Below the pieces are notes generated by a model. The model searched no databases. It was not told the origin of the DNA and saw only the letters and a list, made by a program, of their open reading frames with translations. Shown here in pieces: positions 1 through 12,641 of a stretch of DNA of 64,000 bases (position 1 is its first letter; every line of letters begins with the position of its first letter). The stretch comes from Phoronis australis (taxonomy: Eukaryota > Animalia > Phoronida), in assembly GCA_002633005.1 (NCBI GenBank), contig NMRA01000571.1, forward strand, positions 1-64,000. Reading direction: 5' to 3'. Both the position numbers and the translations under genes were made by a program.

Positions 1-473
1 TTTTTATGGAATCCAAAGTCTACTATCATATGAGTATGATGTGTATCTCGAAAACGAAGCCATTTGTCGAGTTTAAGTTTACCGTTCTAAGATACATTCT
101 GATTTGTATAAGAATTTTAACATTTCACATTATCTATTGTCTCTGTCGTTTTCTGCAACTCTTCTGAGACTAATATCTATTGAATTTCTGCTGTTCCTTT
201 CGGATAACTTTCACAAGATACGAAAATAGAAGTGCAACTGTACTATAAACAAAAAGAAAATGTTCTGCTCGAGTAATATTGTGATCATCGGGCATGGTGA
301 CCACAACCAACGCTTATCGTCTGGATTAACGGGGTAATTCAAAGCCAAGATTTTTAATTCTAAAACTCATGTAGCATATTGATAAGGCATATTAGGGGAA
401 ATTAATCACAACTTGCGACACAATGAAAAAACAAGAAATCGTGTGTAACGTTTGTTAACGTCCATCCTGAACA

Positions 474-1000
474 TCATTATCATCACCACCATCCTCATCA
501 TCACCACCATCACCATCATTTTCACCATTGCCATCATTATAACTGTCATCATCACCATCATCATCACCACCGCCATNNNNNNNNNNNNNNNNNNNNNNNN
601 NNNNNNNNNNNNNCATCATCATCACCATCATCATCACCATCATCATCATCATCACAACCATCTCCATCTTCGTCATTACCATCATCACGATCATTATCAT
701 CACCACCATCGTCATTTTCATCATCACCATCATCATCACCACCATCATCATCACCACCATCTCCATCTTCGTCATTACCATCATTACGATCATTATCGTC
801 ACCACCATCATCATTTTCATCATCACTATCATCATCATCACCACCACCATCATCATCTTCGTCGTTAACATCATTATGATCATTTTCATCACCACCTTCA
901 TCATCACCACCATCATCATCACCACCGTTTTCATCTTCGTCATTATGATCACTATCACCCCCACCATTCATCAGTTTCGTGTTTTGCACCATAATCATCT
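474..1000. repeat. Degenerate (CAT/CAC)n trinucleotide microsatellite spanning an N gap
   Basis: catcat/caccat runs give poly-His/Ile/Met/Asp pseudo-ORFs in several frames; gap at 577-613. Confidence 0.95.
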
Positions 1001-4000
1001 TCGTCATCACAGTGGCCGTAATCATCACTCCCATTTAGTACTAACCATTCTTTTCACGACCATCACTGAACGTTATTTCATTGCGCTGTAGTTGTAAACG
1101 ATGCAAGTCGTGCATTTCCATTGACCGATCTGGTTATGAATACCGGATGACTATCGCGAGGGCGTTTAATTTTCTTTGGACTTGCCCATCTTTGATACTA
1201 AAATCATGCACACTTGTCCACGTGCCAACACTCGTATTTACTGTTCTGATCGGATGGGGCGTAAACTGGAAATCTTTTTTTGTCTTTTTTCATCGAAAAC
1301 CTGAGCAGGCAGTTTACACAACCTTCGTAAAAGAAGCGTTCTTTATATAACAATATTTTACAAATAACTGCTGTCTTCAAATTTGTTTTCAAATATAACA
1401 TCTCTGGAGCTAATGCTTCAAAGTGACATGACACCCTTTTCAAATGTTGATAAGTTACTTAGTCTCGTTCATAGACATGTATCTCCCATTCCACATACTT
1501 TTATTTTCATTTTGATCTTTAATTTTTAGAGACTTCATTTGGTGTTGTTTCTAAAGTTAAATTTTGACATTTTCCACTGATTGCAGGCTCATTGTCAAAA
1601 ACTCTTTCACGCCAGTGTTCACAAAAACATGACACGCAAGCAATTAGCAAATTAATTTTGGGGTATTTTTCATAATAATATAACAATTACAACGTGCTTT
1701 ACCTTTAGTTGTCAGATATCCATCGTGTTTAATATTGTTCCACCTACATAATGGGAAAATGGTGATAATAAAAACAACCGCATACGAATAGTGTGCTTGG
1801 TGCGGCTCTGTTCTCCGGAAGTGCTAAGTGCGAAGATGCCGTAAGTTGTCGGGTTTCAAAGGTGCAATGTTTAACAAAATCCTGTCACAAAATTCCCGGT
1901 GTTTATGCCATACGTTTCCCTTTCCGACTGTGCGGTAAAACTGTCATAACTTTACTAATTTTGGATTGATATTTGTGTAACAACGTCACGTGATTGCGGG
2001 TTGCTCACGCTTTGGAGACAAGTATGCAAACATTCGCCATCCGGACTGCCGTTGCTCATCACGGTTAAGACTCAACGGTTCTTGCAAGCTGTCTAGATAG
2101 GATACAGAGGTGAAGTCAAGAACAGCAGCAAGATGAAACTTTTTGGAAAGTCAGCCACCGTGCCTAAACGCAAGATGTCGTGACATCTGCCAGTATTAAA
2201 ACTCGACTCCATTATGAAAGATTTTGCTTCAGGGGCGTGTCTTATTAAATTTCATTGCTCAACGCCAATAGCTTTTGTTCTTAATAATGAGAAGGCGATT
2301 TTACGTGGCAGTAGCCAATCGGTGTTAAATGTTCAGGATGAGGTCGCAAAAACGCTGTTACATTACGTTTTCGTTTCATGCCATTTACGATTTTTTCTTG
2401 AAAATCATAAAAATTCCATTTGCTGTAATTTTGCTAAGGATGAGAAGAATGGGCCAAGGGGGAAACAACTTTCATTTTTTCGTTGAACACGCTCAAAAAT
2501 GAAGCAAAATCCCATTCAAAGCCTTCAAAAACAGTGTAAAACTTCAAATACCCAGCAACGTCGACACACCACTGAGAGACCACTTTCTAATGAAACTGGG
2601 GATGCAAATTAAACCGTGGCTAAAAAAAACAATAAGATGAAACAGGCTACTGTTCTTACAATCGGAAGACCAAGCTGTATTCCCCACCCTACACTGTATG
2701 TGCATGTATTCCGGCCCATGTCCGAAATAATTGGGAGTTTTCAAAAAAATATTTTACTCCAATGTTTCGCATATGCATGTTCCCTGCTAATGCATCATTG
2801 TTGTCAATCTTGAAAGATAAAAGCAGGATTCCACTGTAAACTCACGCTGCCTATCTCACAAATTGGACTTTATGGTCCTTGCTGGGTGGTCTTTTGCCAC
2901 AGCTGCTGTGTAATCCGGTAAATGCAGACTTTGAAAGGAGTTTTCAATTTTTTTTCAAACTTTTGGGAATGTCGATGGTTACAGAGCGTTATTTCGTTTT
3001 AAAAAACTGGACAGGAAAGTCGTTTTTAGTATCTGTTAATAGGCCAAGACCGGAGTTGGAATATTGGATATTGGTTTCACCCATCCATACGGATTTCTGT
3101 CTATGAAACTGAGTGCACTTTACAGCCTTGACAGTCAGAGAAATATTACAAACAAATAAGTCTCACTCACATCATATTGAAAAAATGACTTTCTGGTGGT
3201 ACCCAAGTGTTGAAGCATGCGCATACAGGTGTACACCTGATTCCGGATGTGGGCTCTGCTTCACATACTTTGTAGGCACATACACTGTCTTATTTATTTC
3301 AAACCTATCGGCGGCGTTACTACACCGTGTGAAGTTTTTAACAACGGTTCCGCTGGGTTTTTGAAGCCGCGGCCCGGAGGACCGACTACTTAATTAATTT
3401 TCGGTCCCCGAGAAAATCACCCGTCATTTAAACCTAATTAATTTGACTTCATTGGATGAAAATTGCAGCAAAGACGTATGCGTTGAAATTTGTACTTACC
3501 AGGTTTGAAGTCTACCACAACCTCTCAATAAAACACAACAAATTTATTTTTTAAAATAACCGTTCTTTTCTTGTACACATAACTTTGAAAAATACTTTTT
3601 AGTTAACAGTTTGTTTTTTCAAACTGTATTTATTGGTGAAATTACAGTTTGTCGGTTCCTCGTACTCTGCAATTCCTTGAAGAGCAGACGAGACGATTAC
3701 ACTCTGACGTGAACGGCATTTGTAAGGTTGGTAGGTCTTTGATTTGATTTGGTTGCATTGTTTTCTTTTCAGTTTTTGGCTTTCACTCTTGCCGAATCGA
3801 CTGCCTTAATTGCAAAAACAGGGAAAAGCCAGCCGAGCTCAAGGCCCAACCTATTGGTCCTACAAGTCAGCGGATCAACGGGGGGTTAAGGGGGTTTAAC
3901 CTCCCCCCTTGGGACACGATCAAAAAATAAAAAAAAAACAAAAAGCGTCGCCAGCATAACGAAAATGGCACCGTCAGCGAGTGTAAATCCCAAGGAAACC

Positions 4001-6256
4001 ACCTTGAAAAAAACTGAGACGTTCACCCTGAAAAATATAATTTCTTTGAATTGTGATTGCGGACACGCAGGGAAACAGCGAGTTCGAGTTTTCGTGACTC
4101 CTCACCAAGTCGCGCGGAGTTCAATTGTGTGCGTGCTTCCGTCTGAAGTAGCTAAGCATTTTGATGGATCCACCGCGGAAAAAGCAAAGATCAATAGCCG
4201 ATTTTTTTAGGTAACTAGCGTCTTTACTCTAAGATATGTTTTGATATGATTAGAGAAAATATTAAGGCACTGCAACCCTGACATTCAGGCAAATCAACGT
4301 GCTACGTTTTTACCTCATGTGTTATGACACGTGACTACCGGGTGTGACGTACAGCCAGATAAAGACTCTCTAGGTCAGATGGCAGGCGGCAAGCGGTTCT
4401 TGGCTGAACTGTATAGGTGTTTTTCTCTCACTCGTGCAACCTGTGTTCAAATTCCAGGAACAATCGAATTTTTCTTCATCTGTCTTTTGTAACTTGAATT
4501 TGACTGGTGAAAAATAAAGTTATCTTGCGCAATAAATATGCATTACACATGGCACGTATTTATTTTAAAAACATATAAACACATTTTCCAATCCCTTGTG
4601 AGGGCTGTAATGGAAAGCACTGTGGTTTGGTTGACCGCGTACTCGAACAGTGTACAGTATCAGAGATTGCGTGCGGGCAGTATGTTCTCAGCAAGTCTTG
4701 TGGCACTCTCGCGGATGTGTTCAACAGGCCTCCTAGATATCCATTTCAGCCCCGCAAAAGGATCTCTGTTGCAGACCTCAGCACTGACCTTGTTCACTAC
4801 CCGCAATAAGAATCACTGCCGTCTTCTATACCGGAAATTTTCGCAGAAAGACCCACCCACATGAGGTTTATTTGGTGTTACAACTTCGGGATTCAAGTGT
4901 TCAGATATTGGGAAGTTTATTCGGAAAATTTCATCTGAAAGTCAATTCAGTGTCTAATGCTGCACATTACAAATGAGTCATTACTCAGCTCTGTGGAGAC
5001 TTTTTTCGCAGTCAAACCACAGATAATAGACTGATTCGCAACTCCAACATTTTTACATGGAATTTCTCACCAGAAACGCTACTTTCCGCTTCGTGAACAG
5101 ACGACTTACTTGCAGGAAGTACAATGGTTATACACACCTAGTGACTTCCAGTAGTTGGTCTCGCGATTTTGTCCGCTAACAATACACAGAGTTGGCGGTC
5201 CATGTACTATGTCTATGGTCAAATCGACTTGATCACCATTTTTCAAATCATATATCCAAGACAACAGATTTGCAACTCCGGTATTTTCTTTTCGAGTTCC
5301 TAGAGGAGGCGCCACTCTCTTGCAATGCTTATTTGTTAAGCAAATGACGTACTTGCTGTAAGTACTACGTGTGTCACACCACAAGTCTCTAGCGAATATG
5401 CGTCATCGCATCAAATAGTGTCGGTCGCGGTTTGTGTGCAAGATCACAGATTTTGTGCACTAACAGTGTAGTGAGTTGACCATTCATGGGACAATGCAGT
5501 GCAGCAACGCCGAAGGAAAACGTGTTGCCTGGAGGCGCTGTAATCGACTCTGCCACGACGAGGATAATGCCACCAAAATGTACATCGGGCGTGCCGTTGA
5601 GAAGGGTGAGCCTTTCACAACCAATGTCCCAACGGTAGGGTTCGTAGGACTAATTGCATTCCAGAGTCAGCTAGTCCAGAATCCACACGAAAGCGTTCGG
5701 TAGATTAAGGACGGAATAAAACAAGGCTTGAAATTTTCCTCTTTTTGGTCTCGATTTCCTCGTATTTGATTTCCAGTTTCTTTTTTTTTTGCTCTTTCTA
5801 TCAATATTTTGACTTTTTTCATGCAAAAAGGTTTATTTCACTTAAATTTTAAAACACAAAAATATTTCTATCACACAAACCTGTTTATTTGTGGATCGAT
5901 ACATTACCTGGAAAATTTTCCTCTTTTTTTGTCATTGGTCATTCCAAGGCCTGACGAATCCCTTCAAAATTATGATGTTTCTGGGGAAAAAACTGCTTAA
6001 GAGTGATTTTTACGTAAGCTACCTATCAGGGGGTCGCTTTTTCGAGTTCATTCTCTGAACGTGTAGGTATCCTAAAAATCCAAATGCACTGTCTTCTTCA
6101 AATACAGCAGAGTACTCCCCGGGTTACAGCAGCACAACATTGAGCTTTGAAACGTGTTATTACTGATATCATAAAATGTTTTGTATAATATTCAATTAGA
6201 AGCCCTGTTTCTTCTTCAATTCTGTTTTCAAGAATAATGAAGATAACATGAATTTT

Positions 6257-6766
6257 AAAAAATTCATGATTTCTGATTGTTATGATGATCTAGCTATCAC
6301 CATGACCTGAACACCATACTATGCTTTTGCTTGCAATGTTGTTTATAAGGTTGAATGTGACAACTGTAAGGAATTCTATATTGGACTCACAAAGACACGC
6401 CTCTGTGACAGGCTGAAAGAACATAACACCTCCGACAAAAGTAACATCTATAGGCATTGTGTTAGCAACAACCACCAAGCCAATTCAGTTAGTATTATTT
6501 GTAAAGAACCCATAAAGGAATTACTGTACATCACGGAGTCATTGGCCATTCAGGACCAGCATGCTACAGATTCTCTCAATAACATGCAAAGCTCAGTGAC
6601 CCTACAACTATGGTGATGACCTACTTACTATTCCCTGTATCTCTTGTTACTCTCATTTCAATACATCGATGGGACTCGACTGGTATTCGACACTTGCTGT
6701 GTTATTGTATGTATTATCCTGATGATGACTTATGAATAGACGAAACGTTGAAGGAACATGAATTTT
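6257..6766 (+). mobile_element. 5'-truncated Penelope-like retroelement (GIY-YIG endonuclease C-terminal part)
   Basis: 6345-6615 reads NVVYKVECDNCKEFYIGLTKTRLCDRLKEH...ESLAIQ...SLNN, a PLE GIY-YIG motif with CxxC; absent from copy B; flanked by a 12-bp direct repeat aacatgaatttt (6245-6256 and 6755-6766). Confidence 0.85.
6716..6754 (+). ncRNA. Minimal type-I hammerhead ribozyme-like motif (degenerate) at the PLE 3' end
   Basis: CTGATGA (6719-6725) - short imperfect stem II - GAAA CG TT (6742-6749); PLEs are known to carry such motifs. Confidence 0.55.
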
Positions 6767-9700
6767 TTTATTTTTTATTTGTGCGGCGGTTGTCCATTTT
6801 TTTATATTACTATGGCCAAAAATGATGTAATATGCTTTTGAAGTGCGTAGTAAATAACTAGCAGTTTTATCGGATGTCGCCAGACATGTACTGAAGAGCG
6901 TACGTGACCAAGACGTCGACGAAAAGTCGGAAACATTTGTCTACAGGTTCTGCACAGACAAACTGCCATACACTTGTTTGCAGGCATGCTTGAGAAAAAT
7001 GATCACTTGCACTGACAAGACTTCTAGAGTGGAACTAAAAGTCACTCGAAAGATTCCGTATAGTTTGGTAGCAGCCCTTCGTTAACAAAAACTTCGTTGA
7101 AAACACGACTAGACTTTTTGTTTGAAATCTTGATACAGCTTTCAAACAAAAATTTTAGTCGTGTTTTCAACGAAGTTTACACCGGTATAATAGGAGCATG
7201 CGCGTTTCAGCGTTTCTTAACACTAACTATCTTCCACAAATTTTAGATGATGAAGAGGGGTGTTGAGTGTAATCCTACCCGGGTCCTCTGGTGTGCCGGA
7301 ATCCAACCGAGAACCAGTTACCATTACAATCTCAGGAAAGTCTCCTTTTGCGAGAATATTTTTGTATAAATGAGTATGGTAATATTTCATAGTTACCCTG
7401 ATGAAACAAAGCACAATTCTTCTTTTTGATTCATTCCACAATCAAACAGCGATTGCGTAATATTCAGAAATATTAGTTCTATGCTCATACTTGTTTTTAA
7501 GTGAATCAGTCGTGGCGTTTTCTTTAAAACCGCAATTCAGTATTTACAATTTTTCTTTCCCCGATTATACTTCCACGCACAGTTCTCTAAGAAACCACTA
7601 GGTGGTGCTTGCTACAAATTTAAATATTCACGGTTTTAATGAGACGTAGCATCTTTAAGACTTCCACTTGACAATTCCTAAATGAAGGTTCAGACATGTA
7701 GTGAGTTATTAGTACATTACAACCTAGAAGTAATTTATAGAAATTATCTTAATATCTAGAAGTACTCTGAAAGTCCTTGTATGTTTCCAAATAATTTCAG
7801 TTGTGTGGAGCGTAAGATCTAGTTTCTGACTTACGTCTTGAGTCACTTTTCATGAAATAGACCTCTGTTATGTTTTATCGGTGGCCAAATGGGTGAACGA
7901 TAAGCCCGTAAATTAGGTGTGTAAATTAACTTTAATTTACGCCCTCAAAAGTTAATTTGCGCTGCAAATAATTAATTTAGGCCAGTAATTATCGTTGGCC
8001 GAATGGATGAACGTTGGTAGTGTAAATAAATAATTAATGGGTAAATTAATTATTTGCGGTTTAAGTTAATTATTTAAATTAAAATAAATTTACGCGTGTA
8101 ATGTGCGTGCGTTACGTTCACCATTTTGTCTACAATACTATTTCAACGTAGCGGTTACTCTCATGTCTTATAGCTGGAGAGTTGCCAACCCCTCTCCATC
8201 CCCCCTATGGACGCAGCCAAAATGTAGTCCGTCAACGAGTCCTTTGTTGGGCGTTTCTTTCAACCCTCCCCCCTTACGACATCTTTGACACGCCGGTATG
8301 TTATCTTGCTGCTTGGTTGCTGTCTGTAGATGAGAACCACAGGTGATCAGGATATCTCCTTCCGTCAAGACAGCCTCTTCGCCTATGAAGCAGTGGAGTT
8401 GTCGCTGGTCCCTTATGAGGTTTTGGGTGAGTTTGGCTGATGGACACTTTTATATTAATTGAATCAGTGATACCATGGTGATACGGAAATGATTGATTGT
8501 TCCCTATAGTATGTTTTAAGTAATGTGTACCCACAAACTCAAGTAAAGCTATCTGTGGGTTTTCAATGTGTTAATTGTTGAGGAATTGTCAAAGGAATCT
8601 TATTTTTATGGAAAAAAATCCAAAGTTCCATAAAATGAATATGAAACGATGATTTGGAAAGTTGTAAAGGCGTTTTGAGATTTCATTAGGAACACGTACA
8701 TAAAACGAAATTTGGCTGTGTTATTGATACCTGATTTGGTAGCAATGTAGCTTCCTTTTCTGTGACTAAGTTCTAATGGAAGATTGTTGAAAAATCACAA
8801 ATCTAATTCACTTTTCAGTGAGTTAAGCCAAAAGCTGTGTAGATATTTTGCTAAATACAGTGTTTTCAGTAGGGATCTACATAACTGCAAGGGGCAACAA
8901 AACCGTACGTTCCATCAGAAAATAAAACAACTGTTGATTTAAGCCACTTGTTGTTATAAAATGGCTGACTCAGAATAGAAATCAGTTCTAGACTTTATGA
9001 GAACTAACAGATCGTTATTGCGTCAGACCACACCCTCTAACTTACATGTATTAGACCACGCCCACTAACTTGATTCTCACGGCGAGTTTATTCTCAATCG
9101 CTTTAAATCTTGTATGACCGTAAGGAGACCTCCTGGGGATTTATTGGGTCCAATTGTAATTCAAACAAAGGGTAAGAAACAATGATGTTGTTTTGAAAGG
9201 GTTTTTATAAAAAAACTTGCCGTTTTTTGACACGTGGTTTAAATAGCATTAACTACTCAGATTTTTTATGTGAGGCGGTACAGAGATACATTGTGATTGA
9301 TTTCATGTCAAATAGAAATGATTAATGTCACTGCCGGCTTGCAGAACTTTTGTAACTTTACAATTTTGAATTGGGTATATCCAAAGTATTTCTAGGTGGA
9401 AATGACGTGGTCAGCAAGAGGAAACCCCCATCTGTTGTTCTGTCTGAGTACTATGCTGCAAAAAGACGCACATGTGAATGACGGCAATGTACAATTAATT
9501 GAATACATTACTAGATTACATTCGGTCGTTATAGTCTTCAAATTCGATAAGCAGTGATGAGCGTAATTAATCAACTGAGATAATGGAGAACACAAATGAA
9601 AATCATACGTAAACCCGCCTTTGCCCGTCAAACTAAGTTTTGTTGATCAAAGTGGATGTAAACGTACTTACAATGAATAAATAAAAATTCTCTGACGCCT

Positions 9701-9789
9701 GCTGTTCAGAAGAATTTGAGGATGTAGGATACATTTTTGACCCTTGCGTGTGGAGAAAGTTTATTAAAATCCCTGTGAACGATACAAAA

Positions 9790-10230
9790 ATATGTCAGTT
9801 TCAATACAAAGTGCTGCATAGGATCCTTTCTACAAAGGCTTGGTTATTTAAAATTAGTTATTTTGATTCTTGTACTTTCTGTGAGAACGAATGAAAGACA
9901 AATGAATACTATTTCGTTAGGCATTCTTTTTGGTATGAGATTGAGAGCCGGTTATCAGCAAAGGCACTTCGAACTCAATTTGGAAAAATGGCAATACTTT
10001 ATGGAACTCGGTTTAAAAAAGAAAACAAAGTACTCAACTGGTTTCTATTGCACGCGAAATATTATACATATATATATATATATATATATATAAAACTTTC
10101 AAAATTAAAAAGAATGCCTTTATTTCAAATGTTTTTATTAATTATTCGAATATAAATTTCACTGCTGAGAAGTATATTCTAAAGCAAAAAAATAACAAAC
10201 AAACTACAAGAATTCTGGAAACCGTGGTAG
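9790..10230 (+). mobile_element. Decayed L1/Tx1-like LINE 3' fragment (zinc-binding region downstream of RT)
   Basis: Reads CQFQYKVLHRILSTKAWLFKISYFDSCTFCENE*; more decayed paralog at ~26860-27205. Confidence 0.7.
10068..10092. repeat. (TA)n microsatellite
   Basis: Direct reading. Confidence 0.9.
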
Positions 10231-11834
10231 TCTGTCTTAGCTGACTAAGCTATTCATTTACTGGTACATGCATATATTGCTCACTTAAAATTAATCTAAG
10301 TGGGACCTGCCCTAGGTGACTGACGTGTGTATGTGTATCATACAAAATCAAGTAGCTCAACACAATCGTTAGCATTTTCATAATGTTGTATTTGAATGAC
10401 ATTGCCGCAACATTATTGATAACTATTTGTAATGTTATGTCTGAAGAATAAATGGTTAAAAGGTATAATAACAAGTGTCTCAATTTGTTTCTTACTGAAA
10501 GAAATGGCTTCAAGGACCGTGGAAGCCTCAAGACCCCAGAAATCAAAAAGTTGGGATGGTTCCTGTTTGATGGTAATTCTGTGATCGATTGCCAGGAATG
10601 CTGTTCAGGTGTTCTTTGAAGTTATTTTAGGTAAAGGATGCTCAGAAATTTAAATTTGCCCTCTGCTATCACGAATTTTCCGGGTAGGAAGTGCAGTAAG
10701 TTTTTGAGATCTTCCTTGTTTACCGCTTGATTTTCGTTGCAAATACAGGACTTTTCAGACGGGTGGAAATTGGAAAAATCTGGTTCGTCATAACATATTC
10801 TAAACTGTATTTCAGGAATCTATAGGGCAAAATTATTGGACCTGTTTTCTCCGTACTGGGACTGGGGCATTGGTGATTTTGGGTAAAAGCGTCAACATTG
10901 CATTTTTTCATTTTTATCATTTATAGCTTTCTAATGGACGTAGCAAGGCAAAATGGCCTAGCTTCTTAAATTTCTCTGTCCTAAGGAAAACCCATCGGGT
11001 GTGCTTGTTGTAAGTTATGAAGTTTTTCTGGTGTCTTGAGACAGAGACGTTACAACGATTTTTGTTGAACAAGACCAGCGATTGTACCAAGATCAACCTC
11101 TCGAACTGTGGCTTTAGTCCGCATTGAATGGCAGTTCGGTACTACTTGACCATGCTCGGCGCAAATGCCGTGACAAGACAACTTATCGAACCTTATATCA
11201 AGCCATAACAAACTGTTTGTTATCACTCAGTCCAGGAATAGTTTCTAATTCAACAACAACAACTTCAGTGCCAGATTTATAGAGGAAGATGGTCAAAACT
11301 AAAACCTTGCTTTTGACGGAGGAGGTTTTTTATCCCCTTTATACCTTGGTCGGCGTCCATAAAGCATGAGCACTCTAGAAAGTCTGAGAGTGGACAGATA
11401 CCAAATCAGCGCCTGTAGGCTGGTGATCGCAACCGAACCTCCGATGTTATAACAGTGTCAGCAATGTGTACTAGGTACCCTTTACTCCTGCATGGCTATG
11501 TGCTCTGTCTTCCAACCGAATATGATGTCGGTTCCAACTATTATTCAGAAGAGCGCAGCAATCCTTTGTTTTCAAAACTGGTCAAAGTTGTTGGATCTAT
11601 GGTTGGTATATAAGATGGCTAACTCTAAAGTAAACCGACCTTATGCTATACACTGAAATGCGTGATATTTTGCCCGGGTACAAAAATACCCCTTGTATTC
11701 ACAAAAATAACAATAATGGAGAGAAATATTAATAAATGGCCTCGAAAGTTAGAAATTTTCCTTAAAGGCGGCATTTTTTTTACTTCCTCGGCTCTGCCGA
11801 GTTAAAAGGCTAAGGCATCTGATTGCTTCTCGAT

Positions 11835-11910
11835 AACGATCGACTTCCGGCTAACTAACCAATCAGAGGTCTTAGCCGTTTGACTAAGCGCAATTGGTAA
11901 AGCCAGTCAA
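11835..11910 (+). promoter_or_regulatory. Candidate promoter of the peptide precursor gene (ETS-like acttccgg, CCAAT boxes)
   Basis: cgacttccgg...ccaatcagagg...attgg, well conserved in copy B at ~28285-28360, about 300 bp upstream of the ATG in A. Confidence 0.35.
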
Positions 11911-12179
11911 GTACAAACACACCGATGAACTCAACTTGAGCTCTTCTAAGCGCATGTGCTCCTGTATGTTCGTCGTCTTTCGATTATTCACCGTGATATC
12001 ACAACTAGTCATCTCATACGATATAGTATCACAAGTTGTCATATCATATGCTGTGATATTAAAACTTCTGATATGACTGGGGATTTCGCACNTCAGTTCC
12101 ATAGACAGGGAGAATAAAACGAAATCTCTTGCTGAAACATCAGTTGACTCACAAGACTCGCAACTGAACAGTACTGGAA

Positions 12180-12641
12180 ATGTTCTCCTCGGCAGCCTTA
12201 CATGTCCAACCAAAGTTCTTGATTCTCATCATGTTGCTCTGTGGCGTTGCATCTGGTCTTTGGCAAGAAGAACAGGACAGACCACTGACTATGCATAACG
12301 ACTTCCTCGTTTCGCCAATCCCTGATGAGGTGCAATCCAGACAATCCTCAAAGAAATTATGGGACGCTTTTGAAGATCTGCTTGAAGCTAAATACGGGAG
12401 AGGTGGAATTGTCGAGGTTGTCAACAAAAGAAAGCGGTTTGAAGATCTACGGGACGCAAAAAGAAGTCGAATAAGATTGAATGACAATGTAGGCAAAACG
12501 ACACATTTTGAAAGTCTACAAGACGTCAAACGAAAACTACCGAATCCAATTGTCGGCAAAAGGAGACATCAGGAAGAGGCAAACGACAGGCCAAAGACAT
12601 GGAACACTGCCGTCGGTAAAAGGTATATTTTGAAGGTCTAG
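12180..12641 (+). CDS. Secreted neuropeptide-like precursor, copy A (153 aa, 3'-truncated by frameshift)
   Basis: Signal peptide (KFLILIMLLCGVASG|LW), 21-23-aa repeats FEDLxDA-KR...N-x-x-V-G-K-R, dibasic and Gly-Lys-Arg amidation sites; paralog at 30436. Confidence 0.75.
   Translation: MFSSAALHVQPKFLILIMLLCGVASGLWQEEQDRPLTMHNDFLVSPIPDEVQSRQSSKKLWDAFEDLLEAKYGRGGIVEVVNKRKRFEDLRDAKRSRIRLNDNVGKTTHFESLQDVKRKLPNPIVGKRRHQEEANDRPKTWNTAVGKRYILKV

Noticed and set aside
452-1091. Overlapping His-, Ile-, Met- and Asp-rich ORFs
   Set aside because: Translations of a CAT/CAC microsatellite that spans an assembly gap
4538-4864. 108-aa ORF and an overlapping Cys-containing frame
   Set aside because: No recognisable domain and no convincing splice context
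10800-11450. Minus-strand CAEHGQVVPNC segment shared by both duplicate copies
   Set aside because: Frames are broken in both copies; probably an old TE relic that I cannot classify
11884-12559. Minus-strand ORFs over the peptide gene (also 30318-30683)
   Set aside because: Antisense shadows of the plus-strand precursor
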